Shown: piece after piece, positions 36,844 to 45,397 of the stretch
Layout of the letters: each line of letters opens with the position of its first letter
Position numbering within the stretch: the first letter of the stretch is position 1
Assembly: GCA_051883755.1 (NCBI GenBank)
Contig: JBJEUI010000218.1
Coordinates: 13,430 to 77,429, forward strand
DNA length: 64,000 bases
Reading direction: 5' to 3'
DNA from: Candidatus Ventricola sp.
GTDB lineage: Bacteria; Bacillota; Clostridia; Christensenellales; Aristaeellaceae
Program-made: the position numbers and the translations under genes
The notes under the pieces: model-generated
What the model saw: the letters and a program-made list of their open reading frames with translations, nothing else
The model's database searches: none
What the model was told of the DNA's origin: nothing

Positions 36844-38571
36844 TTACAGCCTGCACTCGAGCTTGGCCAGCTCGCTGACGACAAAGTCATAGACGAAGTC
36901 CACAGCCTCGGAGACCGGCTTTTTCTCCTGCATGGACTTGTCGCGGGTGGAAATCTCGATGGTGCCGTTCTTGAGGCCCTTCGGGCTGACGACCACGCGC
37001 ACCGGCACGCCGAACAGATCCGCGTCGGAGAACATGACGCCCGCGCTGACGCTGCGGTCATCCCAGATGACCTCCACGCCCCTGGCGGTCAGCTCGTCGT
37101 AGATCTTCTGGGAAACGGCGGCAACCTCCTCATTGTCCGCGCGCAGGGAGCACAGGTGCACGTGCCACGGCGCGATGGAGATCGGCCAGATCGGGCCGTA
37201 GTCGTCGCGGTGCGCCTCGCACACGGACGCGGCCAGACGGCCCACGCCGATGCCGTAGCAGCCCATGATCGGGTGCTTGAGCGAGCCGTCCTGATCGACG
37301 TAGGTCATGCCCATGCTCTCGGTGTACTTGGTGCCCAGCTGGAAGATGTTGCCCACCTCGATGCCGCGGGAGGTGTAGATGCTCTTCTTGCCGCAGACCG
37401 GGCAGATGCCGCCGTCATACGCCTTGGCCACGTCGACGTACTCGACCTCGCCCATCTCGCGCGGGATGTTGAAGCCGGTGTAGTGCATGTCGGTCTCGTT
37501 CGCGCCGGTGGCAACGGCATTGAGCCCCTTCAGGGACGCGTCGTACACCACGCGCACGCCCTCCGGCAGCCCTTTGGGGCCGATGAAGCCCGGCGTCAGG
37601 CCGCTCTCCAGGGTGATCTCCGCCGGATGAATCTCGGCCTTGAGGTAGTTGCGCAGCTTGGTCTCGTTGATGTCCAGATCGCCGCGCAGGAAGGCGACGA
37701 CGTACTTGTCGGTCAGGTTCTCCTGATAGACGACGGCCTTGCAGGTCTGCTCGGGCTTGATCTTCAGGAACGCGCACAGGTCGTCGATGGTCTTGATGTT
37801 GGGGGTGTGCACCTTCTCAAGCTCGGCGACCTCGCCGGCCTCGCCGTGCACGATGCAGGGCGCAGCCTCCATGTTGGCGCGGTAGTCGCAGTCGTGGCAC
37901 AGGACGATGGTGTCCTCGCCGACCGGGGTGAGCAGCATGTACTCGTGGGAGACCTTGCCGCCCATCATGCCGCTGTCGGACGCGACGGCGACCACGTCGC
38001 CCACGCCCGCGCGGAAGAAGATGCGGTTGTACGCGTCGTAGCAGATCTGATAGTAGCGCTCCAGATCCTCCTGGGAGGTGTGGAAGGAGTACGCGTCCTT
38101 CATGGTGAACTCGCGCACGCGGATCAGGCCGCCGCGGCAGCGGGGCTCGTCGCGGAACTTGGTCTGGATCTGGTAGATCATGAACGGATACTGGGTGTAG
38201 CTGTCGGCCACGTCGCGCACGAAGTGCACGGAGGCCTCCTCGTGGGTCATGCCCAGCACCATGTCCGCGCCGGAGCGGTCGGTAAAGCGCAGCAGCTCGC
38301 TGCCGATGGCGTCAAAGCGGCCGGACTCGCGCCAGATGGACGCCGGCATGGCGACCGGGAAGAGCAGCTCCTGGCCGTCGATGCGGTTCATCTCCTCGCG
38401 GATGATCTTCTCGATCTTGGCGGTGATGCGCTTGGTGACCGGGAACAGGGTGTAGATGCCGTTGCCCACGGGCTTGATGTAGCCGCCGCGCATCATCAGC
38501 GCCTGGCTGGCGATGACGCAGTCGGCGGGGGTTTCCTTGTAGCGCTTGGAAACGAGGTTCCTGAGCTTCAT
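36844..38571 (-). CDS. proS: Proline--tRNA ligase (bacterial type with editing insertion)
   Basis: ATG 38571 follows AAGGAGAGG. Starts MKLRNLVSKRYKETPADCVIASQALMMRGGYIKPVGNGIYTLFP. Class II motifs are present. The protein is 575 aa. Confidence 0.95.
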   Translation of the reverse strand: MKLRNLVSKRYKETPADCVIASQALMMRGGYIKPVGNGIYTLFPVTKRITAKIEKIIREEMNRIDGQELLFPVAMPASIWRESGRFDAIGSELLRFTDRSGADMVLGMTHEEASVHFVRDVADSYTQYPFMIYQIQTKFRDEPRCRGGLIRVREFTMKDAYSFHTSQEDLERYYQICYDAYNRIFFRAGVGDVVAVASDSGMMGGKVSHEYMLLTPVGEDTIVLCHDCDYRANMEAAPCIVHGEAGEVAELEKVHTPNIKTIDDLCAFLKIKPEQTCKAVVYQENLTDKYVVAFLRGDLDINETKLRNYLKAEIHPAEITLESGLTPGFIGPKGLPEGVRVVYDASLKGLNAVATGANETDMHYTGFNIPREMGEVEYVDVAKAYDGGICPVCGKKSIYTSRGIEVGNIFQLGTKYTESMGMTYVDQDGSLKHPIMGCYGIGVGRLAASVCEAHRDDYGPIWPISIAPWHVHLCSLRADNEEVAAVSQKIYDELTARGVEVIWDDRSVSAGVMFSDADLFGVPVRVVVSPKGLKNGTIEISTRDKSMQEKKPVSEAVDFVYDFVVSELAKLECRL

Positions 38572-38599
38572 GGCGTTGTCCTCTCCTTTGTCTGTTGTC

Positions 38600-38872
38600 A
38601 TGTATAGGGGACGAAAAAAGCTCCGCCCCATTTTGCAGGGGCGAAGCCTGAACTTCGCGGTACCACCTTGCTTCAGCGCAGACAGGATGCTCTGCGCCCT
38701 TGCCTGCCCTGTATCGGGAGCGCCCGGCGGGATTTCATCGCGCATAGGCGATGCGTTCTCCTGCGTACTCGGGAGGCCGGAGCGATGTGAAGCGAGCTGC
38801 GCGCCTTGCAGCCGTGGGCGCGCTCTCTTGACAGCTGCGGTCAAATCGCTTTCTCCGTCAATGTACGGCTCC
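38600..38872 (-). promoter_or_regulatory. T-box leader upstream of proS
   Basis: The minus strand carries AGAGAG, the T-box core AAGGTGGTACCGCG (38657-38669) and the terminator GGCTTCGCCCC-tgcaaaat-GGGGCGGAGC-TTTTTT. A TTGCGC-17-TATAAT promoter has its -10 at 38874-38879. The specifier could not be assigned unambiguously. Confidence 0.8.
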
Positions 38873-39001
38873 TATTATACCCATTTGGGGCGAATCGCGC
38901 AAGCCCCATTTGGACAGAGTTTTTCGGCCTTTTTGGCGCGCATTCCTGCACAAATTCTGTAATAGCCCCGATAGCGGCCTGACGGCGGCGTCAGGAATCC
39001 G

Positions 39002-39160
39002 TTAAGATTCCTTCTTTTCGGCCTTCTCCTCGAGCTTCTCGGAGAAGCGGTTGAGGCCGTAGATGCACGCGATGATGATGCCCATGACGACAAAGATGCC
39101 CAGCCAGCCCTCGACCATGTAGCGCAGGGAGGCGACAAACGCATTCACATTGATCAACAT
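39002..39160 (-). CDS. OadG-like small membrane subunit (52 aa), below the ORF-track length cutoff
   Basis: Hand translation: MLINVNAFVASLRYMVEGWLGIFVVMGIIIACIYGLNRFSEKLEEKAEKKES*. A perfect AAGGAGG RBS is present. It starts 19 nt after the beta-subunit stop. Confidence 0.6.
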   Translation of the reverse strand: MLINVNAFVASLRYMVEGWLGIFVVMGIIIACIYGLNRFSEKLEEKAEKKES

Positions 39161-39179
39161 AGCCTATTCCTCCTTTGGG

Positions 39180-40280
39180 TTAAACCAGCGGGCCGATCAT
39201 GGCCAGCACCAGACCGCCGGCGATGACGGACGCCACCTGACCGGCCACATTCGCGCCGGCCGCCTGCATGAGGATGAAGTTGTACGGATCCTCGTCGCGG
39301 GCCATCTTGGCGATGACGCGGGAGGACATCGGGAAGGCGGAGATGCCCGCCGCGCCGATCATCGGGTTGATCTTCTTCCTGGCGAACAGGTTGATGAACT
39401 TGCCGAAGAACACGCCGCCGAAGGTGTCAAACATGAACGCGATCAGGCCCAGGCCCAGGATCATCAGCGTCTCGGGCACCAGGAAGCTGTCCGCCTGCAT
39501 GCGCACGGCCACGGTCAGGCCCAGCAGCAGGGAGATGAGGTTGGCCAGCGTGTTCTGCGCGCACTCGGACAGGCCGCGCAGCACGCCGCACTCGCGCAGC
39601 AGATTGCCGAACATCAGGAAGCCGACCAGCGCGGCGGAATCCGGGGCGACCAGCGAGGCGATCGCGGAGACCACGATCGGGAACAGAATGCGCGTGGTCT
39701 TGGTGATCTTGCCCGGGGTGTACTCCATGCGGATGGCGCGCTCCTCCTTGCTGGTCACCAGCCTGATGCAGAAGGGCTGCACGATGGGCACCAGCGCCAT
39801 GTAGGAATACGCCGCCACGATGATGGCCGCGGTGTAGTTGCTCTTCAGCGTCTGCGCCACGAAGATGGACGTCGGGCCGTCCGCCGCGCCGATGATGGCG
39901 ATGGAGGCCGCGTCGCGCAGCTCAAAGCCGAACAGGCTCGCCATGGACAGGGTGAAGAAGATGCCGAACTGCGCCGCCGCGCCGAAGAGCAGCAGCTTGG
40001 GATCGGCCAGCAGCGGGCCGAAGTCGATCATCGCGCCGATACCGATGAACAGCAGCAGCGGGAACAGCTCGTTGTCCACGCCCGCCTGGAACAGGATCTG
40101 CAGCGTGTGCACCATGCCGGAGTTGGGCATGTTGCACAGGATGCAGCCAAAGCCCATCGGCAGCAGGAGCGTCGGCTCCATTTCCTTTTTGATGGCCAGA
40201 TAAATCATCACGCCGCCGATGATCCACATGATGACCATCTGCACCGTCAGATCCGCAAAATTACCGAAGATTTGCGTCAT
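39180..40280 (-). CDS. Na+-translocating decarboxylase beta subunit (OadB/GcdB/MmdB family)
   Basis: 366 aa. MTQIFGNFADLTVQMVIMWIIGGVMIYLAIKKEMEPTLLLPMGFG and the rest of the sequence match the OAD_beta family. RBS is GGAGGA. Confidence 0.95.
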   Translation of the reverse strand: MTQIFGNFADLTVQMVIMWIIGGVMIYLAIKKEMEPTLLLPMGFGCILCNMPNSGMVHTLQILFQAGVDNELFPLLLFIGIGAMIDFGPLLADPKLLLFGAAAQFGIFFTLSMASLFGFELRDAASIAIIGAADGPTSIFVAQTLKSNYTAAIIVAAYSYMALVPIVQPFCIRLVTSKEERAIRMEYTPGKITKTTRILFPIVVSAIASLVAPDSAALVGFLMFGNLLRECGVLRGLSECAQNTLANLISLLLGLTVAVRMQADSFLVPETLMILGLGLIAFMFDTFGGVFFGKFINLFARKKINPMIGAAGISAFPMSSRVIAKMARDEDPYNFILMQAAGANVAGQVASVIAGGLVLAMIGPLV

Positions 40281-40334
40281 GGTTTTTCCTCCATTTCATG
40301 ATGTTCCCCTGAGGGAATGTGCCATTGCGCTTCC

Positions 40335-40379
40335 ATTATATTCTCTTTCCCTGATCTATACAAGATCAAAATATAGATC
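40335..40379 (-). promoter_or_regulatory. Promoter of the decarboxylase beta/gamma unit with an overlapping inverted-repeat operator candidate
   Basis: The minus strand reads TTGTAT (40358-40363), 17-nt spacer, TATAAT (40335-40340). A perfect inverted repeat GATCTATA (40353-40360) / TATAGATC (40372-40379) with an 11-nt spacer covers the -35. Confidence 0.55.
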
Positions 40380-40458
40380 CATAATATCTGTACAAAAGGC
40401 CTGAACGGCGCGTGAAGGAAGAGCCTCCGGCGCATAAGGATGCCTTTTCAGGGAGACA

Positions 40459-41760
40459 ATGGATCCGAAGGAGCGTGGTTCCATGAACCCATTTGCGCAG
40501 AAGGCGGCGCCTGTCGCCGCGACGTTTGAAAGCCTGAGCGCCCTGTATCCCAGGGCCTGTCACCCCATGGAAACAGATCCCTATACCAGGTGCCGCATCA
40601 TCCTGATGAACGGCACGGAGTTTGAAGCCGTGAAGTTCAGCCACCAGATGGCCCGGCACTGCGCTGATCCGCTGCTGCGCGCCGAGCTGGCGATGACCCG
40701 CCGCGCCGAGCAGCAGCAGCAAAAGAAGCTGGCGAACCTCAAGCCGCTCAGCGAGACCGTGCTGGAGCACACCATCGGCTATGAGCAGCTGGCCGTCGAC
40801 CTGACGGCGCACCTTGGCAAGCGCGTCGCCAGCCGGAACGTGAAGCAGGCGCTGGATTTTGCGCTGCTGGAGGACTTTGATCACCTGTACCGCTATGCCG
40901 ACCTGATGGAGATGGACGACGGGCAGCATGCCGAGCGCCTGGTGGGCCGCTACACGGAGATCATGCCGGGCCGCCCGACCATCAGCGAGCACCGCTTTCC
41001 GATGGATGGCGTGCCCTGCGCGCTGGGCAAGGACGCCCCGCTGTTTGACAAGCTGGCCGCCATGATCATCACCGCCGCCGAGCAGCAGACCATGAACTAC
41101 TATATGAACCAGACCGGATTCTACAAAAACGACCTGGGCCGCAGGCTCTATCAGGAGATTGCCCTCATCGAGGAGCAGCACGTCACCCAGTATGAGGCGC
41201 TGATGGTGCCCGGCATGACCTGGCTGGAATGCAATCTCATGCACGAATACGCGGAGTGCTATCTCTACTGGTCCTGCGAACAGACGGAATCCGATGCGTA
41301 CATCCGCTCGATCTGGGAGCAGAATCTGGGGCAGGAAATCGCGCACCTGCACAAGGCCGCAGAGCTGCTGGAGCGCTTCGAGGGAAAGCACTGGCAGCAG
41401 GTGATCCCCGATCCCGAGTTTCCCGCGCCGGTCGTGCTGGAGGCCAACATCCCCTATGTCCGCAGCGTGCTGACCACCGTGCAGAATACCTGGCAGGAGA
41501 ATGAGATTGTGCCCGTGCAGTCGCTGGACGCGTCCGCATCGTTCTTTGTCTTCCAGAAGCTTGCGCGCGGTGAGGATGAAAACCAGGTTGCCAGCCACGC
41601 CGTCATCGATCAGGCCGTGGCTAGGCTTGGCTGCGACTACCGCTTTGAGACTGCGCCGCATCCGGTGAGCGAGCTGCGCAGCCGCACGCAGGACAACACG
41701 GCCGTCGGCCGCGATCCGGCCATCCCGGGCTACAACCAGATCACGCCGGAGAAGGCGTAA
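40459..41760 (+). CDS. Hypothetical protein with tandem ferritin-like (di-iron carboxylate type) four-helix signatures
   Basis: 433 aa. The C-terminal half has E...EEQH...E...EIAH spacing. The N-terminal half is a degenerate copy (EFEAV, AEQQQ, EDFDH). The start could be ATG 40483 (AAGGAG located 9 nt upstream). Confidence 0.6.
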   Translation: MDPKERGSMNPFAQKAAPVAATFESLSALYPRACHPMETDPYTRCRIILMNGTEFEAVKFSHQMARHCADPLLRAELAMTRRAEQQQQKKLANLKPLSETVLEHTIGYEQLAVDLTAHLGKRVASRNVKQALDFALLEDFDHLYRYADLMEMDDGQHAERLVGRYTEIMPGRPTISEHRFPMDGVPCALGKDAPLFDKLAAMIITAAEQQTMNYYMNQTGFYKNDLGRRLYQEIALIEEQHVTQYEALMVPGMTWLECNLMHEYAECYLYWSCEQTESDAYIRSIWEQNLGQEIAHLHKAAELLERFEGKHWQQVIPDPEFPAPVVLEANIPYVRSVLTTVQNTWQENEIVPVQSLDASASFFVFQKLARGEDENQVASHAVIDQAVARLGCDYRFETAPHPVSELRSRTQDNTAVGRDPAIPGYNQITPEKA

Positions 41761-41849
41761 CCCGCTGTGCAGGCAGGAAAACGCGCGCGAATCCCGAATT
41801 CCCCTGTATGAGATTGGACGCCTTGATGCGTAGGAGAGAGGGGAATTTC

Positions 41850-42980
41850 ATGGATCAGGTTCGGTTTGGCATCGTCGGCTTCGGCGCGATGGGGCTTGAG
41901 CACGCAGAGATCATCCTGAAAAAGGTGCCGGAGGCGCGCCTGACCGCCGTGGCGACGAGGAACGAAAAAAACCTCGCGGCGCTGCGCGGTCTGCCGGGCG
42001 GCGAAAGCGTGCGCGTGTTTGACACGCCGCAGGAGATGTACGCAAGCGGGGAGATCGACGCGGTGCTCATCGCGTCCCCGCACAGGGCGCATGTGGCGCA
42101 GGCGAAGGAGGCCTTTGCGGCGGGCATGCATGTGCTGCTGGAAAAGCCGACGGGCGTGTTCACCCGCGAGGTGCGCGAGATGAACGCGGCGGCGGACGCG
42201 AGCGGCAGAGCGTTCGGCGCGATGTTCAATCAGCGCACGAACCCGGCGTTCAGAAGGATGAAGGAGATCGTCGATTCCGGCGAGATGGGCGAAATCCGGC
42301 GCACGAGCATGATCGTGACCGACTGGTTCCGCGCGCAGAGCTACTTTGATTCCGGCACCTGGCGCGCGACGTGGAAGGGCGAGGGCGGCGGCGTGCTGCT
42401 CAACCAGGCGATGCACCATCTGGATCTGTGGCAGTGGATCGCCGGCATGCCGGTGAAGCTGCGCGCGTTCTGCGGCCTGGGCCGCTGGCACGACATCGAG
42501 GTCGAGGACGACGTGACCGCCTATGTGGAGTATGCGGGCGGCGCGACGGGCCTGTTCGTGGCCTGCACCGGCGAGGCGCCCGGCACCAACCGGTTTGAGC
42601 TCTCCATGGACGGCGGACAGCTGCTGCTGGAGAACGATCGTCTGACCATCCGCCGCACCGAGATGCCGGTGAGCCGGTTCATCCGGGAATATCCGGGCGG
42701 CTACGGCAAGCCGCAGATCACGCAGGAGGACATCACGCCCACACAGGACTACGCGATGCACGCGGGCGTGACGCGGGCGTTTGCCCGGCATATCCTCTAT
42801 GGCGAGCCGATGATCGCCGACGGCCGCGAGGGCCTGAACGCGCTTGAACTGGCCAACGCCATGCTGCTCTCCGCCGAGACGGAGGAGACGATTGCGCTGC
42901 CCTTTGACGCGCAGACGGACGCGCGCTATGAGGCGCTGCTGGAAAGCCGCGCGGCGCGCAGCAGGGAAAAGACGAGATGA
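41850..42980 (+). CDS. Gfo/Idh/MocA-family NAD(P)-dependent oxidoreductase
   Basis: MDQVRFGIVGFGAMGLEHA Rossmann start. Contains LLEKP and a C-terminal alpha/beta domain. ATG 41850 follows GGAGAGAGGGG. Confidence 0.9.
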   Translation: MDQVRFGIVGFGAMGLEHAEIILKKVPEARLTAVATRNEKNLAALRGLPGGESVRVFDTPQEMYASGEIDAVLIASPHRAHVAQAKEAFAAGMHVLLEKPTGVFTREVREMNAAADASGRAFGAMFNQRTNPAFRRMKEIVDSGEMGEIRRTSMIVTDWFRAQSYFDSGTWRATWKGEGGGVLLNQAMHHLDLWQWIAGMPVKLRAFCGLGRWHDIEVEDDVTAYVEYAGGATGLFVACTGEAPGTNRFELSMDGGQLLLENDRLTIRRTEMPVSRFIREYPGGYGKPQITQEDITPTQDYAMHAGVTRAFARHILYGEPMIADGREGLNALELANAMLLSAETEETIALPFDAQTDARYEALLESRAARSREKTR

Positions 42981-43015
42981 ATCAGGGCAAGCCGTAAAGA
43001 TTGCCCGGAATGCAA

Positions 43016-43041
43016 ATCCCGGCAGGATATCCTGCCGGGAT
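43016..43041. terminator. Perfect palindrome between convergent genes (possible bidirectional terminator; no U-run)
   Basis: ATCCCGGCAGGAT-ATCCTGCCGGGAT. Confidence 0.5.
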
Positions 43042-43054
43042 CATTCTATGCGGT

Positions 43055-43813
43055 TCAGACCTTGACGGCCTTGATGCGGATGCGCACGTAATCGACGATC
43101 CACGTGCCGTCCTCCCGCTGAAGCGGCGCCCGCAGGCTGTCCACCGCTTCGGAGAGGATCGCCTCGCGCACATCGGCGGACAGGCCCTCAAACGGCGCCT
43201 TCACAAACATGTGAATCCAGTTTTTCAGGCCGTCCGCCCCCTCTAGCGGCGTGGGACGGTCAAACAGCAGCGCGCAGGTGACGCGCAGGCCCGCCGCCTC
43301 CAGAATGGGCGCGTGCTGCGCGATGGTGGGGAAGTAGAACACGCGCGGATAGACGAGGCCCCGGGCGGCAAAGGCGCGTTCCAGCGCGCTGTGCACGCGC
43401 TCCGCGCAGCCATAGCCGCCGAACTCGCACACGAGCTGCCCGCCCGTCTTCAGGTTGCGCGCGAGAGAGGCGGCCAGCAGCGGCTGCCTGTCCCGGTCGA
43501 TCCAGTGAAAGACGGCGTTGGAAAAGATCACGTCGGCCGGCTCGGGGAGCGTGAAGTCCGTCGCGTCCGCCTGAAGAAACGGAATGTCCGGGTGCAGCGC
43601 GCGGGCCTGTGCAAGCATGTCCTCCGACGCGTCGATGGCGGTGACGCGGTAGCCGCGTGCAAGCAGCTTCTCGCTCAGCGCGCCGTTGCCGCAGCCCAGA
43701 TCCACGACGTGGCTGCCGGGTGCGGCGTCGATGAGGTCGAGCACGCCCTCGCCGTACTGATGGACGAAGGCAAAGCCGCTCGTGTAGCCCTTGGCGTCCC
43801 AGGTGATGTTCAT
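43055..43813 (-). CDS. Class I SAM-dependent methyltransferase (Tam-like)
   Basis: VVDLGCGNGALS SAM motif. 252 aa. The start overlaps the upstream stop (ATGA). Confidence 0.85.
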   Translation of the reverse strand: MNITWDAKGYTSGFAFVHQYGEGVLDLIDAAPGSHVVDLGCGNGALSEKLLARGYRVTAIDASEDMLAQARALHPDIPFLQADATDFTLPEPADVIFSNAVFHWIDRDRQPLLAASLARNLKTGGQLVCEFGGYGCAERVHSALERAFAARGLVYPRVFYFPTIAQHAPILEAAGLRVTCALLFDRPTPLEGADGLKNWIHMFVKAPFEGLSADVREAILSEAVDSLRAPLQREDGTWIVDYVRIRIKAVKV

Positions 43814-45225
43814 ACGCTCATCCTTTCAAACACACGCGTGCCGCAGCGCACGCCCCAGGCGACGCCGTCGCGGATCAGGAATTCGTGGCGCACGCCCTGC
43901 GCGTCGGGATCGGCGGGATCCAGCGCGAGGAAGCGCGTGCCGCCGCAGTAGACCAGCGGGGTTGTCTCGCCGTCGCGGGTGCGCACGAGCGCGCCGTCCT
44001 TTTCCTCGACGGTCAGGATGCAGGGCACGCCCTCATGGCTGATGTAGGTGCCGGCGATCATCTCCGGCGCGGAGAAGTCTGTTCCTGTCGGGTTGAACCA
44101 GCGGTGGCTCTCGGAAAGCGGCAGGCCGCACACGGCGTTGTACAGGCCCCACATCAGCTCGTCCATGTCCTCGTCGCCCTGGTTGCACAGCACGGAGAAG
44201 CCGTAGCCCTCGCCCAGCAGCAATCCGCCCTTGGTGGATACGCCGTGCAGGCCGCCGGAGTGCTCGCAGATCACGTGCCCGGCCTTCTCGCGCTTGTACA
44301 GGCCCATGCACATCAGGCTGCGCGGCGAGACCGGATGGTATTTGCCCGCCAGCAGCTCGACCGCCTGCGCCGGGATGGCCTGCACGCCCTCGTGCAAGCC
44401 GTAGCTGGAGAGCGCGCGGTAATAGACGGCCATGTCCCGGGCGGTCGACTTGACCATCGCGCAGCCGCGGAACGGCGGCAGGATGGACCAGGCATCGTCG
44501 CACACGCGCACGCCGTCCGACAGCTCAAAGAGCGAGGTGATGTTGCCGCCGGAGAGGGCGCGGGCGGCCTCGATGCCGTTGTCCAGAATCGAGCGCGTCA
44601 TGCCCAGCGGCGCGAAGACCCGCTCCTGCATGAACTGCTCCAGCGGCATGCCCGCGGCCTGATCGATCACATAGGAGAGGATGGCGTAGCCCTCGTTCGA
44701 GTAGCTCATGACCTCGCCCGGCGCGCCGAGCGTCCTGTAGGGGCAGTGGGCGATGTAGTCAAGGATCTGATCGATGCTGTCCATGGCGTTGGGCGCGGTG
44801 CGGCGCATGGCCATCAGCCATTCGCTCTCCTGCCGGCCGGGGCTGTTCATGGCGATGGACCACTCCAGCGGCTCCATCGGCGGGATGCCGGCGGTGTGCA
44901 TCGCCAGGTGGCGGACGGTGACGGCCTCCCTGGGCTGGCCGGGGATGGCAAAGCCGGGCAGGTACTGGCTCACCGGGTCATCGAGATCAAGCTTTCCCTC
45001 GACGTGCAGGATGCACGCGCACAGCGCGGTGATCGATTTGCTCATCGAGGCGATGCCGTACATCGTGTCGCTGTCCGGGCAGATGGCATGCGCCGCATCG
45101 CGAAAGCCGTAGTTCCAGGCGTATTCGCAGCCGTTCGGCCCGGCGATGTACGCGGACACGCCGGCAAGGTTCTTTTTTTGTGCCCAACGCGTCAGATACG
45201 CGTCAAGCGCCTGTTTGTCGATCAT
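43810..45225 (-). CDS. Serine hydrolase, beta-lactamase/transpeptidase-like family
   Basis: ATG 45225 follows GGAGG. SxxK motif IASMSKS, plus YSNEGY. Confidence 0.85.
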   Translation of the reverse strand: MIDKQALDAYLTRWAQKKNLAGVSAYIAGPNGCEYAWNYGFRDAAHAICPDSDTMYGIASMSKSITALCACILHVEGKLDLDDPVSQYLPGFAIPGQPREAVTVRHLAMHTAGIPPMEPLEWSIAMNSPGRQESEWLMAMRRTAPNAMDSIDQILDYIAHCPYRTLGAPGEVMSYSNEGYAILSYVIDQAAGMPLEQFMQERVFAPLGMTRSILDNGIEAARALSGGNITSLFELSDGVRVCDDAWSILPPFRGCAMVKSTARDMAVYYRALSSYGLHEGVQAIPAQAVELLAGKYHPVSPRSLMCMGLYKREKAGHVICEHSGGLHGVSTKGGLLLGEGYGFSVLCNQGDEDMDELMWGLYNAVCGLPLSESHRWFNPTGTDFSAPEMIAGTYISHEGVPCILTVEEKDGALVRTRDGETTPLVYCGGTRFLALDPADPDAQGVRHEFLIRDGVAWGVRCGTRVFERMSV

Positions 45226-45397
45226 AGGCGGCCTCCGTAAATGATATAGGAAATGATGAAAAATTATAGCATGAAACGCCCGCGTTGGAAAGACTGGGCG
45301 CGCGCGATTCCGTCTTGAAAAATGCGGGGAAAGACGATACACTGTATCTGTATACCGATTTGAAGTATCCGGGCCCCGGCCCGGTCAAGGAGTATGT

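Noticed and set aside
38875-39144. 89-aa minus-strand ORF from the track in the region downstream of the decarboxylase beta gene
   Set aside because: It lacks an RBS and reads as Arg/Ser/Pro-rich low complexity. The alternative frame gives a 52-aa OadG-like TM protein with a perfect AAGGAGG RBS (39002-39160), which I prefer.
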